A stretch of 64,000 bases of DNA from Thermodesulfobacteriota bacterium (GTDB lineage: Bacteria > Desulfobacterota > RBG-13-43-22): positions 17,527 through 81,526 of the forward strand of contig JBEKPQ010000015.1 in the NCBI GenBank assembly GCA_049520575.1, given 5' to 3'. The notes beneath the pieces were generated by a model. The model did no database searches. It was not told the DNA's origin and saw only the letters and a program-made list of their open reading frames with translations. Both the position numbers and the translations under genes were made by a program. Shown here piece after piece: positions 1 to 8,254 of the stretch; the stretch's first letter is position 1; each line of letters starts with the position of its first letter.

Positions 1-729
1 ACCATAGCCGGTCTTTTGATCCGTTACATGGTAGAAAAAAGACTTAAACCGGTATTGGCCGTGGATGCCGACGCCAATGCCAATCTGAATGAAGTCCTGG
101 GGGTCCCGGCCAGACAAACGATTGGGGATGCTAGGGAAGAGATGAAAAAAGGTGGGCTGCCAGGGATGACCAAGGATATTTTTATGGAAATGAGGATTCA
201 AGAATCCCTGGTGGAGTCCGAAGGATTTGATCTGATCATCATGGGCCGGCCGGAAGGACAGGGATGTTACTGCGCAGCCAACTCCTTACTTTCACAATTT
301 ATAGAAAAATTATCTCAAAATTATCCCTATCTGGTGGTCGATAATGAGGCCGGCATGGAACATATCAGCCGGCTGACCACCCGAGAGATCGATGTCTTGT
401 TGATCGTTTCCGACAGTTCCCGCCGAGGTATCCAGGCAGCAGTTCGGATTGGAGAATTGACCCGGGAGTTAGGGCTTAAAATTGAAAAAAGATTGGTCAT
501 CATCAATCGGGCCGAGACGGAGGACCTTCCTGAACTCAAGGCCTGGGAAACCCTTTTGCAGGAACGGGGATTAACGCTTTTAGGGATTATCCCCAAAGAT
601 GAACTCATTTACGAGTTTGACAAAGAAGGAAAACCCTTCAGTACCCTTCCCGAAAATTCATTAGCCCGCGCAGCAGCTTTTAAATTATTTTGTTTGTTAT
701 TTAAACCTCTGGCCGAAGGAAAAAACTAA
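1..729 (+). CDS. cooC: CooC-family Ni-insertion ATPase (CO dehydrogenase maturation), N-terminus cut by window edge
   Basis: Frame is open from position 1. It contains the MinD/ParA-like segment VLAVDADANANL and the CooC-typical CxC motif (GQGCYCAANS). The P-loop must lie upstream of the window. Confidence 0.65.
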   Translation, partial: TIAGLLIRYMVEKRLKPVLAVDADANANLNEVLGVPARQTIGDAREEMKKGGLPGMTKDIFMEMRIQESLVESEGFDLIIMGRPEGQGCYCAANSLLSQFIEKLSQNYPYLVVDNEAGMEHISRLTTREIDVLLIVSDSSRRGIQAAVRIGELTRELGLKIEKRLVIINRAETEDLPELKAWETLLQERGLTLLGIIPKDELIYEFDKEGKPFSTLPENSLARAAAFKLFCLLFKPLAEGKN

Positions 730-753
730 TTATCATCGGGGAGGCCATTTCAA

Positions 754-1686
754 TCAGAAAACGACAGAGATTTTTTTAGGCAGGATCTGGAAGCGGGCCG
801 GGAGACGGCCGACCAGTTCTCCGTCCAGATCGATCAGGACCTCTTCCTCAGAGGTCAGTTCTATGGTTCCGGCTTGAAAGGTTTTCACCTTGGGGTGTTG
901 GGCGATGGTTCCGCGATAAAGGCGGCTGATATTGGTCAGGACATCAATTTTGGAGACATCCCCGATAACCACCAATTCGAAAAGACTGTCATTCAACTGG
1001 GCTTCCGGGGACACCCACATACCGCCTCCAAAATATTTTCCGTTGGCCACGACGACCGAACTGGCTCGTGTTTCCAATTCCTCTTTGCCATCGAGGGTTA
1101 TCCGGACAGGTTTGTTTTGGTAGCGGAACAGGGTTATCAGCACCCCTTTTAAAAAACTGAGTTTTCCTCCCAACCATTTGGAATGGCTGTTCACATAACG
1201 AACCAGATCCCCGCCGAAACCAACATCAGTGACATTGACAAAATACCGCTGAACCGGTTTGCCCTCCAGATCCGTAAAATGGACTTGACCGACATCAATG
1301 AATTGTGCGGTGCCCTGAAGGGCCTGCCGGGCTGCTTTGGAAAGGGAATGAGAAATCCCCAGGGTACGAACCAGGTCGGCCCCGGTCCCTTTGGGCAAAA
1401 AGACCAGAGGAATATTATCGGCTGAACGTATCAAAAGACCGTTGACCACTTCATTGAAGGTGCCGTCTCCTCCATGCACGGCAATGGTAGAAAAGCCGAG
1501 GTCAACCGCCTTTTGAGCCAGCTCCTGGGCATGACCGGGGTGCATGGTAGGCCATACTTCGAAGGGAGGCCAAAGAGGTCGCAGCAAGTTTTCCGTGCGT
1601 GACCATTGCCGGCCTGTCCTTCCATTGGCGCTGACCGGATTGACGATTACGACCCATGAAGGACTGTTGGATGCTTCTCGACTCAT
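754..1686 (-). CDS. diacylglycerol-kinase-family lipid kinase (YegS/DagK-like)
   Basis: 310 aa with the DAGK_cat signature HGGDGTFNEV and a C-terminal YegS-like region. Confidence 0.8.
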   Translation of the reverse strand: MSREASNSPSWVVIVNPVSANGRTGRQWSRTENLLRPLWPPFEVWPTMHPGHAQELAQKAVDLGFSTIAVHGGDGTFNEVVNGLLIRSADNIPLVFLPKGTGADLVRTLGISHSLSKAARQALQGTAQFIDVGQVHFTDLEGKPVQRYFVNVTDVGFGGDLVRYVNSHSKWLGGKLSFLKGVLITLFRYQNKPVRITLDGKEELETRASSVVVANGKYFGGGMWVSPEAQLNDSLFELVVIGDVSKIDVLTNISRLYRGTIAQHPKVKTFQAGTIELTSEEEVLIDLDGELVGRLPARFQILPKKISVVF

Positions 1687-1735
1687 TGGTTGGAAGGTCC
1701 TTTCTCTATCCTCATGACCGTTTGAGGCAGACGCT

Positions 1736-1833
1736 ATGAAATATGAAATGTTGAATATCGAATAATGAATACTGAAATGCGAAGGAAGGCAAGAAAAATC
1801 CCTTCATGATTCGAAATTCAGTGTTCGAAATTC
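1736..1833 (-). promoter_or_regulatory. copy 1 of a conserved upstream element of roughly 100 bp (core TGAATTTCGAACACYGAATTTCGAATYATGAA), in reverse orientation
   Basis: Near-identical to the elements at 33897-33998 and 38193-38288. In all three cases it lies 20-110 bp upstream of the next gene, in the same orientation relative to that gene. Confidence 0.6.
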
Positions 1834-1843
1834 CTATTTTTAA

Positions 1844-3031
1844 TTAAAGGTTCTGCAAGGCCTGCCCGACCTTTTGTCCCAATTGGAAGGCGGCCTCGAT
1901 GCCCTGTGAGCCGGGAACAAATTGGATCTTCAGACCCGGATCGATCAATTCAAATTTCATCTCTTCCAGTTCTTTGTTGATCAGCTTAACGGCTTCACCG
2001 CTCCAGCCATACGAGCCGAAGGCGGCGGCAATTTTTTTGCTGGGTTTCAGTCCCTTCATATAGGTCAGGAAATCTGCGACCGTCGGAAACAGGCCGTTGT
2101 TCAGGGTGGGAGAACCCACTAGGACCGCCCCGGCATCCAGGATCTCGGTTATGACATCACTACGATGGCTGGCCCGAAGATGCATGGGTTTGGCCTCAAC
2201 GCCTGTTTGGGCCAGACCATCCACAATAGCCTCAGCCAGTTTCTGGGTGCTGTGCCACATGGTGTCATAGACGACAACGGCCTTCTTTTTAGGTTTCTGT
2301 TGGCTCCATTCCACATAGGCCTGAATTATTTTGGAAGGGTCTTGCCTCCAGATGATTCCATGATCCGGACAGATCGTTTTGATTGACAGGCCCATCTGGG
2401 TGACCTTTTCCACCAATTGAAGGACCAGAGGGGCATACAAGAGCAAAATATTGGCAAAATATTTCCGGGCATGAGGCATGATAGCCTCACCCACTTGGTC
2501 GTCAAACCGATCCATCCCGGCAAAATGTTGACCGAAGGCGTCACTGGAAAAAAGGAGTTGCTCCTCTTTGACATAGGAAAACATGCTGTCCGGCCAGTGG
2601 AGCATCCGGGTTTCCAAAAAAGTTAAGGTCCTTTTCCCTAAATTCAACACCCCTCCGTTTTCCACCGGCTGATAATTCCATTTCTCCGGAAAGTGGAGGG
2701 AGAGATTTTTTTGCCCCACTTTGGAACAGTACAGGGGTTTGTCTGTTCCGATTTTAGACATGACCCGGGGCAGACCGCCGGAATGGTCCATCTCAGTATG
2801 ATTGCTGATCATATAATCAATTTTCTGGGGATCAATGATCTGGGCGATGTTATCCAGCAATTGATCGGCGAATTCCTTTTTGACCGTATCGATCAAAGTG
2901 ACTTTTTCATCCAGGATCAAATAGGCGTTATAGGTCGAACCTGCCGGAATAGCATAGCCATGAAAATCCCTAATGTTCCAATCCACCGCCCCTACCCAAT
3001 AAATACCCTTGACTACTTCCACTGGTTTCAT
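1844..3031 (-). CDS. fprA: flavodiiron protein (rubredoxin:oxygen/NO oxidoreductase, FprA/ROO type)
   Basis: 395 aa. Metallo-beta-lactamase-like diiron domain (NHTEMDHSGG) followed by a flavodoxin-like domain (VVYDTMWHSTQKLAEAI). Confidence 0.85.
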   Translation of the reverse strand: MKPVEVVKGIYWVGAVDWNIRDFHGYAIPAGSTYNAYLILDEKVTLIDTVKKEFADQLLDNIAQIIDPQKIDYMISNHTEMDHSGGLPRVMSKIGTDKPLYCSKVGQKNLSLHFPEKWNYQPVENGGVLNLGKRTLTFLETRMLHWPDSMFSYVKEEQLLFSSDAFGQHFAGMDRFDDQVGEAIMPHARKYFANILLLYAPLVLQLVEKVTQMGLSIKTICPDHGIIWRQDPSKIIQAYVEWSQQKPKKKAVVVYDTMWHSTQKLAEAIVDGLAQTGVEAKPMHLRASHRSDVITEILDAGAVLVGSPTLNNGLFPTVADFLTYMKGLKPSKKIAAAFGSYGWSGEAVKLINKELEEMKFELIDPGLKIQFVPGSQGIEAAFQLGQKVGQALQNL

Positions 3032-3069
3032 GATGTTTACCTCTTCCTAAAAAATATAAAAAATCTTCT

Positions 3070-4164
3070 TCATTCTTTTTTTCTTGAGACCAAAGGCAGG
3101 GAAATTTTAACCAGGGTCCCTTTCCCTTCTTCACTGTCCAACTCCAGCTTCCCTCCAGGATGTCCATCGATAATTTTTTTTGAAACGCTGAGACCCAGAC
3201 CCGTGCCCCGACGTTTGGTGGTAAAAAAAGGAGTAAACAACTTGTCCCGATCTTTTGTTGGTATCCCGGGGCCATTGTCAATAATGGAAATTTCCACCTG
3301 GTTGTCCAACGGTTTGGCCTGGATAGTCAAATTACCGCCTTTTTCCATGGCTTCCATGGCGTTTTTTACCAAATTCAAAAAAACCTGTTTTAATTTACCC
3401 GAATCACCCTTAACCCAAAGGGGATCTTTGGGCGTCTTCAACACCAAAGCGATCTTTGCCTTTTTGCAGTCCTCTTTGGAAAGGGAATAAATCTCCTTCA
3501 TCAGGGTATTGATATCCACTTGCTCGAAAACTAATTCTTGAGGACGGTACACATCCTTGAGTTCCAGGATCAGTTTTTCCAACCGCTGGACCTCGTCGGC
3601 GATAATTTTCAACTTGGTCTGACTTTTCTCATCCTGGATGGTCCTGGAAAGCTGCCTGGCGAATCCCCCGATCATGATCAAGGGGTTCTTTATCTCATGG
3701 GTGATTTCGGCCACCAGTTGTCCCAGTGCGGCCAGGCGTTCGGATTGGGCAATCTTTTCCTCGAGGGTCTTGGTTTCCGTCAGATCTCTGATGATTCCAG
3801 TAAAATAAATTTTGCCCTCGATTTCCGAAACGGAAAAGGAAATGGAGAGGGGGAACTTTTCCCCATTCTTCCGGGTAGTCAAAAATTCGGTTTGATGACC
3901 GATGAGTTTTGATTCCCCGGTATTTAAAAACCTGGAAACTGCCTGTTTATGGCCTTTTTCACACTCCGGAGAGAGAATCAATCCCAGATCTTTTCCGATG
4001 ACCTCTTCTCGGGAATAACCAAAGATCTTTTCAGCGGCCTTATTGAAAATGATCACCTGATGATGTTCATCGATGGTGACAAATCCCTCGTTGGTGTTTT
4101 CTGTTGTCCCCCGAAGGATGATTGATTCCAGATCGGAAGGGGGAAGGCCGCATTTTTTCCGCAT
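3070..4164 (-). CDS. PAS-domain sensor histidine kinase
   Basis: PAS region (FVTIDEHHQVIIFNKAAEKIFGY), HisKA H-box (AEITHEIKNPL) and HATPase_c N/G boxes (NLVKNAMEA, DNGPGIP, GTGLGL). Confidence 0.85.
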   Translation of the reverse strand: MRKKCGLPPSDLESIILRGTTENTNEGFVTIDEHHQVIIFNKAAEKIFGYSREEVIGKDLGLILSPECEKGHKQAVSRFLNTGESKLIGHQTEFLTTRKNGEKFPLSISFSVSEIEGKIYFTGIIRDLTETKTLEEKIAQSERLAALGQLVAEITHEIKNPLIMIGGFARQLSRTIQDEKSQTKLKIIADEVQRLEKLILELKDVYRPQELVFEQVDINTLMKEIYSLSKEDCKKAKIALVLKTPKDPLWVKGDSGKLKQVFLNLVKNAMEAMEKGGNLTIQAKPLDNQVEISIIDNGPGIPTKDRDKLFTPFFTTKRRGTGLGLSVSKKIIDGHPGGKLELDSEEGKGTLVKISLPLVSRKKE

Positions 4165-4197
4165 AGAGATTCCGTCCGTTATTTTGAAACGCGCTGG

Positions 4198-4356
4198 CTA
4201 TTCTTGCTCAAACTTGTCCTTGGTAGCCCCGCAAACCGGGCAGGTCCAATCCTCCGGAAGGTCTTCAAATCGGGTTCCTGGTTTTATTCCATTATCCGGA
4301 TCACCATTGGCCGGGTCATAAACATATCCACAGATCGAGCAAACATACTTTTCCAT
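4198..4356 (-). CDS. rub: rubredoxin (52 aa); absent from the ORF track because it is under 60 aa
   Basis: Manual translation gives [52 protein letters not shown], with the canonical CxxCG...CPxCG rubredoxin knuckles. A GGAGAGG Shine-Dalgarno lies 11 nt upstream. Confidence 0.85.
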   Translation of the reverse strand: MEKYVCSICGYVYDPANGDPDNGIKPGTRFEDLPEDWTCPVCGATKDKFEQE

Positions 4357-4382
4357 CTCTTGATTTTCCTCTCCGTTTTTGA

Positions 4383-4637
4383 TTAAGCCGCTACCTCATA
4401 GCCTGCTTTTTTTACTTTATCTTTAATGATACTCAGGTCAATCGGTTTTGTTTCCGTAAAGGCGGCCTCGCCTTTTTCGAGATCAACGGCCACATTCTGA
4501 AGTCCGTCGATTTCTTTTAAGGTTTTGGTTACGGCCATGACACAATGCTGACAGGACATCCCTTTTATTTTTACAGTTGTTATCGTGATACTCCTTTCTA
4601 CGAAAGCGGTCCAAGGTAAAAGGGAAGGAATCGACAT
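4383..4637 (-). CDS. heavy-metal-associated (HMA/CopZ-like) domain protein
   Basis: GMSCQHC metal-binding motif in a ferredoxin-like beta-alpha-beta-beta-alpha-beta context. The true start may be internal to the 84-aa ORF. Confidence 0.55.
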   Translation of the reverse strand: MSIPSLLPWTAFVERSITITTVKIKGMSCQHCVMAVTKTLKEIDGLQNVAVDLEKGEAAFTETKPIDLSIIKDKVKKAGYEVAA

Positions 4638-4782
4638 TGGGAATTACCTTGCACCTTACTATTTTCCTACCCTCAAGGAAAACGATTTTTAATAAAACTA
4701 ATCACTAAGAAATGAAATGTAAAGTGACGGCAAGCCGTTCTCTTAATTTTCTAAAAAAGGCCAGGGTTGGATTTCCAAAACA

Positions 4783-5115
4783 TTAATAGGGAAGCCTGGT
4801 CTGAGGCCGCCGTTCCGGAACATAAGAATGAGGCCCTTCGGTCTCGTTCCATGCCTTGGAGACATAGAGGTTACAATAACAACTTCCGAAATCTTCCACA
4901 TCCTGGGTCCTGTAAGCACACGGGCAGATAATGTCCTGGTCGAGTTTTCGGTCTCCGGAAGCTAGCCGGCAAGGACAGCACATATAGCTATAACGATCTT
5001 TATTGAGAAGAAGTGCCTGGAGCAGGTCGTTTACCCTTTCCCGGTCTTTGTTAAAAAAATAGCCTTTGGGCTCCTGTGCCTTTTTTAACAGGTCATAGAG
5101 TTCTTTTTCATTCAT
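4783..5115 (-). CDS. ferredoxin:thioredoxin reductase catalytic-subunit-like protein (FTR-like)
   Basis: Cys pattern CPCR...CPC...CYC, matching the FtrC 4Fe-4S/disulfide motif CPCx(n)CPCx(n)CHC. Confidence 0.6.
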   Translation of the reverse strand: MNEKELYDLLKKAQEPKGYFFNKDRERVNDLLQALLLNKDRYSYMCCPCRLASGDRKLDQDIICPCAYRTQDVEDFGSCYCNLYVSKAWNETEGPHSYVPERRPQTRLPY

Positions 5116-5360
5116 AGGCCCAGGACCTCCTTGATCTCTTTTTCTTTGAATCCGACAATGATCCTATCGCCGATGAGGATAGTCGGGAAGGAAGTGTTGG
5201 GATTATATTTTTTCACCTCTTTAATTATCTCAGTCTGCTCCTGACCTTGAAGCAGATCGACATCGATATAGTCATAGGCGACGCCCATGTTGTTCAGGAA
5301 TTGTTTGGTGTTTTTGCAATGACTGCAGGTGCTCAAGGTGTAGAGTTTAACCGGCGGCAT
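5112..5360 (-). CDS. glutaredoxin-like thioredoxin-fold protein
   Basis: 82 aa with an N-terminal CSHC redox motif and a glutaredoxin-like fold signature (SFPTILIGDRIIVGF). Its start overlaps the stop of the FTR-like gene. Confidence 0.6.
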   Translation of the reverse strand: MPPVKLYTLSTCSHCKNTKQFLNNMGVAYDYIDVDLLQGQEQTEIIKEVKKYNPNTSFPTILIGDRIIVGFKEKEIKEVLGL

Positions 5361-5485
5361 AAATCCCTCCTTTATAGTTCTTATAGAATTTTATAATTAT
5401 AGCAAGGGCAAGAATATAAATGCAATTTCTTTCTTAGAAGTCATGATTTTAAATATCTTAATAAATATGATAAGATAAAAATACT

Positions 5486-7180
5486 TTGGATCTCTTGACT
5501 ATGGATAAAGTCTATTATCTAAATCTGGGTCTGGTTCCCTTTGAGCAGGCCTGGGACCTGCAAAAACAACTGGTTGCCCTGAAAAAGGAAAGGGAATTTC
5601 CGGATTTTCTTATTCTTTTGGAACATCCTCCGGTATACACGCTGGGTAAATGGGGGAAAAAAGAGAATCTGTACGTGTCCCCGGACTTTCTGAAGCAGGA
5701 GGGGATCTCCTTGATACGTTGTGAGCGGGGAGGAGATATTACTTACCATGGGCCGGGACAATTGGTGGGCTATCCTCTTCTCAATTTGAAAAAATATAGA
5801 CTGGGTGTTAAGGACTATGTAAATTTTCTTGAGGAGGTCCTGGTTAGAAGCCTGTTGGATTGGGAGGTTGTGGCTTCCCGGAGGGAGGGTTTGCCCGGGA
5901 TATGGGTGGGCGAAAAAAAAATTGCTTCTATCGGAATTGCCGTCCAAAAGGGGATCGCCTTCCATGGTTTTGCCCTAAATTATGCCCATAGAAGGGATCA
6001 TTTCGAACGGATTAATCCTTGCGGCCTGGATGGCGTGAAGATGACTTCCCTTCAGGAAATAAAGGGGCTGCCCATAGACCCAGAGCAGGTTAGAACGCGA
6101 GTGGTTTTCCATTTTGAAAAGATTTTTGATATTCAATTGAAATGGATAACCATGGAAGATGTGAGAAGGATACTGGATACTGGATACTGGATACTGGATA
6201 AAAAGACAGAATCCCAACCCCCAAATCCGATGGCTAAAATCCAGCAGTCCACCGTCCGCTATCCGCCATCCGCCATTGAGCGTTTACAAACTTCGAAGGG
6301 CGAACAGCAAATACTTCCCAAACCACAATGGCTTAAGAAAAGAATCCCTCCAAGTGCCCATAGGGTCCAAGTTGAAAGCCTTATTCGGAAAGGCGATCTG
6401 CATACCGTCTGCCAAGAGGCCTGTTGCCCTAATCAAGGAGAATGTTTCAATCAAGGAACAGCCACTTTTTTACTGATGGGAAATTGTTGTACTCGAAACT
6501 GCCATTTTTGTGCCGTTACCAAGGGCAGCCCGGAGCCTTTGAATCCAGAGGAACCCTTTCGGGTCGCTCAGGCCATCAAAGCCATGAGTATTTCTTATGC
6601 TGTATTGACCTCAGTGACCCGCGATGATCTGCCCGATGGAGGATCCGGGCATTTTGTCAGGACGGTCAGGGCTATCCGTGATCATTCCCCGGAAACGAAG
6701 ATAGAATGTCTTATACCGGACTTTAAAGGCTCTGAATCAGCCCTGGCCCAGGTGGCGGAGGCTGTTCCCTGTGTAATGAATCACAATATTGAAACCATAA
6801 ATCGGCTCTATCCATCGGTCCGTCCCGGTGCGGGGTTTAACCGTTCGCTGACTATTTTTAAATTTTTTAATAAAAATTATCCTAAAATATTGACCAAATC
6901 TGGATTTATGGTAGGATTAGTGGAAACGAAAATTGAAGTCAGGGCCTTGCTTCTCGATCTGTTGGAGCATGGTTGTAAGATGGTTACCATCGGCCAATAC
7001 CTCCAGCCTTCGTCTGCTCATTGTCCGGTGAAGCGCTATGTTACGCCGGAGGAATTTAAACAATGGGAGGAAGAGGCCTTAACCATGGGATTTGCGGCCG
7101 TGGCCTCTGGCCCGTTTGTTCGCAGTTCTTTTAATGCCCAAGGGTTGTATCAGCAGGCATTCTTAAAATTAACGTTATAA
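5486..7180 (+). CDS. lipB-lipA: octanoyltransferase LipB fused in frame to lipoyl synthase LipA
   Basis: N-terminal 230 aa are LipB (HPPVYTLGK, RGGDITYHGPGQLVGYP). C-terminal part is LipA (KPQWLK, CQEACCPNQGECF, radical-SAM CTRNCHFC). The junction lies at a GGATACT x4.7 tandem repeat. Confidence 0.8.
   Translation: MDLLTMDKVYYLNLGLVPFEQAWDLQKQLVALKKEREFPDFLILLEHPPVYTLGKWGKKENLYVSPDFLKQEGISLIRCERGGDITYHGPGQLVGYPLLNLKKYRLGVKDYVNFLEEVLVRSLLDWEVVASRREGLPGIWVGEKKIASIGIAVQKGIAFHGFALNYAHRRDHFERINPCGLDGVKMTSLQEIKGLPIDPEQVRTRVVFHFEKIFDIQLKWITMEDVRRILDTGYWILDKKTESQPPNPMAKIQQSTVRYPPSAIERLQTSKGEQQILPKPQWLKKRIPPSAHRVQVESLIRKGDLHTVCQEACCPNQGECFNQGTATFLLMGNCCTRNCHFCAVTKGSPEPLNPEEPFRVAQAIKAMSISYAVLTSVTRDDLPDGGSGHFVRTVRAIRDHSPETKIECLIPDFKGSESALAQVAEAVPCVMNHNIETINRLYPSVRPGAGFNRSLTIFKFFNKNYPKILTKSGFMVGLVETKIEVRALLLDLLEHGCKMVTIGQYLQPSSAHCPVKRYVTPEEFKQWEEEALTMGFAAVASGPFVRSSFNAQGLYQQAFLKLTL
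6168..6200 (+). repeat. heptanucleotide tandem repeat (GGATACT)x4.7 at the LipB/LipA junction
   Basis: Read directly: ggatactggatactggatactggatactggata. A TAA lies immediately after the repeat in the +1 frame. Confidence 0.9.
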
Positions 7181-7202
7181 TATTCATTCGAGGTGATTTT
7201 AC

Positions 7203-7577
7203 ATGACCAAAGAAAAATTTCATCCGGAACATGCCTGGGTATCGGTAAACGGCCACCACGGGACCATCGGTATCTCGGACTATGCCCAACAGCAATTGGG
7301 AGAAATCATCTATGTGGACCTGCCGGAAATCAATACCGAAATCCTGGCGGGTGAACCCTTGTGTGCCTTGGAATCCAGCAAAGTGGCCAGCGATGTGATT
7401 GCCCCGGTCAGCGGGACGGTCATAGAAACCAACGGGTCTTTAGATGAAGAACCCCAACAGATCAATGCTTCTCCCTATGAAGCGGGCTGGCTGGTTAAGG
7501 TCATTTTAAAGAAACCTTCGGAATTGGACGAATTAATGGACAAGGCTGCTTATGAGGAGTATATTGCCTCCAAATAA
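7203..7577 (+). CDS. gcvH: glycine cleavage system H protein (lipoyl carrier)
   Basis: 124 aa with the lipoyl-lysine motif ALESSKVASDV. Confidence 0.9.
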   Translation: MTKEKFHPEHAWVSVNGHHGTIGISDYAQQQLGEIIYVDLPEINTEILAGEPLCALESSKVASDVIAPVSGTVIETNGSLDEEPQQINASPYEAGWLVKVILKKPSELDELMDKAAYEEYIASK

Positions 7578-7643
7578 GCACTATTTTTTTAAAACAAAAC
7601 CTTTTGCCTCTTTGGGGCGCCACGAAACATGAAAATAATTTTA

Positions 7644-7700
7644 GGATTCAAGGATTCAAGTGAAAAGCGTGGAAGTTAAAACCCTTGAATCCTTGAATCC
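7644..7700. repeat. GGATTCAAGGATTCAAGTGAAA element with a matching inverted arm (CTTGAATCCTTGAATCC), hairpin-forming
   Basis: 17-bp inverted repeats 7644-7660 and 7684-7700. Same family as 29550-29605 and the composite copies near trpD. Confidence 0.7.
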
Positions 7701-7722
7701 TATTTTAAGGAGAGGAGAGGGT

Positions 7723-8178
7723 ATGGCTCCACAAAAAAGAAAAGACAAGCCCCTGGTTCTGCTAAAAAGCCTTGTTCTGGTTATTACCTGTCTGTCTTTT
7801 TTGGGCATTCTCTCTTGTAATTGGGGTTCCGGTACGGGCAGTACCTCCAGCTCCGGAAGCGGCTCAGGGACGGGGACGGGATGGACGATTGATATCCAAG
7901 TGGGTACAAACCCCATTCAAGTTGGTGGAACAACAACCGTGATGGCGATTATCAAGGACGGTAAAGGAGCGCCCGCCCCTAAAGGGACTTATGTCCGTAT
8001 GACGTCAGTTCTAAATAGTTTTTTAACAACATCAACACCAGTCAGAAGCGTATTTGGACCCACCGACAACGACCTTGGACAATTTATCCTTACCTATTAT
8101 GCTCAAAACACAGGGGACGATACCGTGGAAGTTTCTTCCCAAGGTGTAATTCAGAGAAAAACTATTACTGTTTATTAA
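7723..8178 (+). CDS. small lipoprotein with Ig-like (Big-type) domain
   Basis: AAGGAGAGGAGAGG Shine-Dalgarno before ATG 7723. Signal peptide with an LSC lipobox, then a Gly/Ser/Thr linker and a beta-rich domain. Paralogous to 9941..10354. Confidence 0.55.
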   Translation: MAPQKRKDKPLVLLKSLVLVITCLSFLGILSCNWGSGTGSTSSSGSGSGTGTGWTIDIQVGTNPIQVGGTTTVMAIIKDGKGAPAPKGTYVRMTSVLNSFLTTSTPVRSVFGPTDNDLGQFILTYYAQNTGDDTVEVSSQGVIQRKTITVY

Positions 8179-8254
8179 AGTCAGGCATTCCCTTTTTTGA
8201 CGGGACTAAACTAAATCGATTAAAATCATCCTTTTTCAAAAGGCTACATATTGT

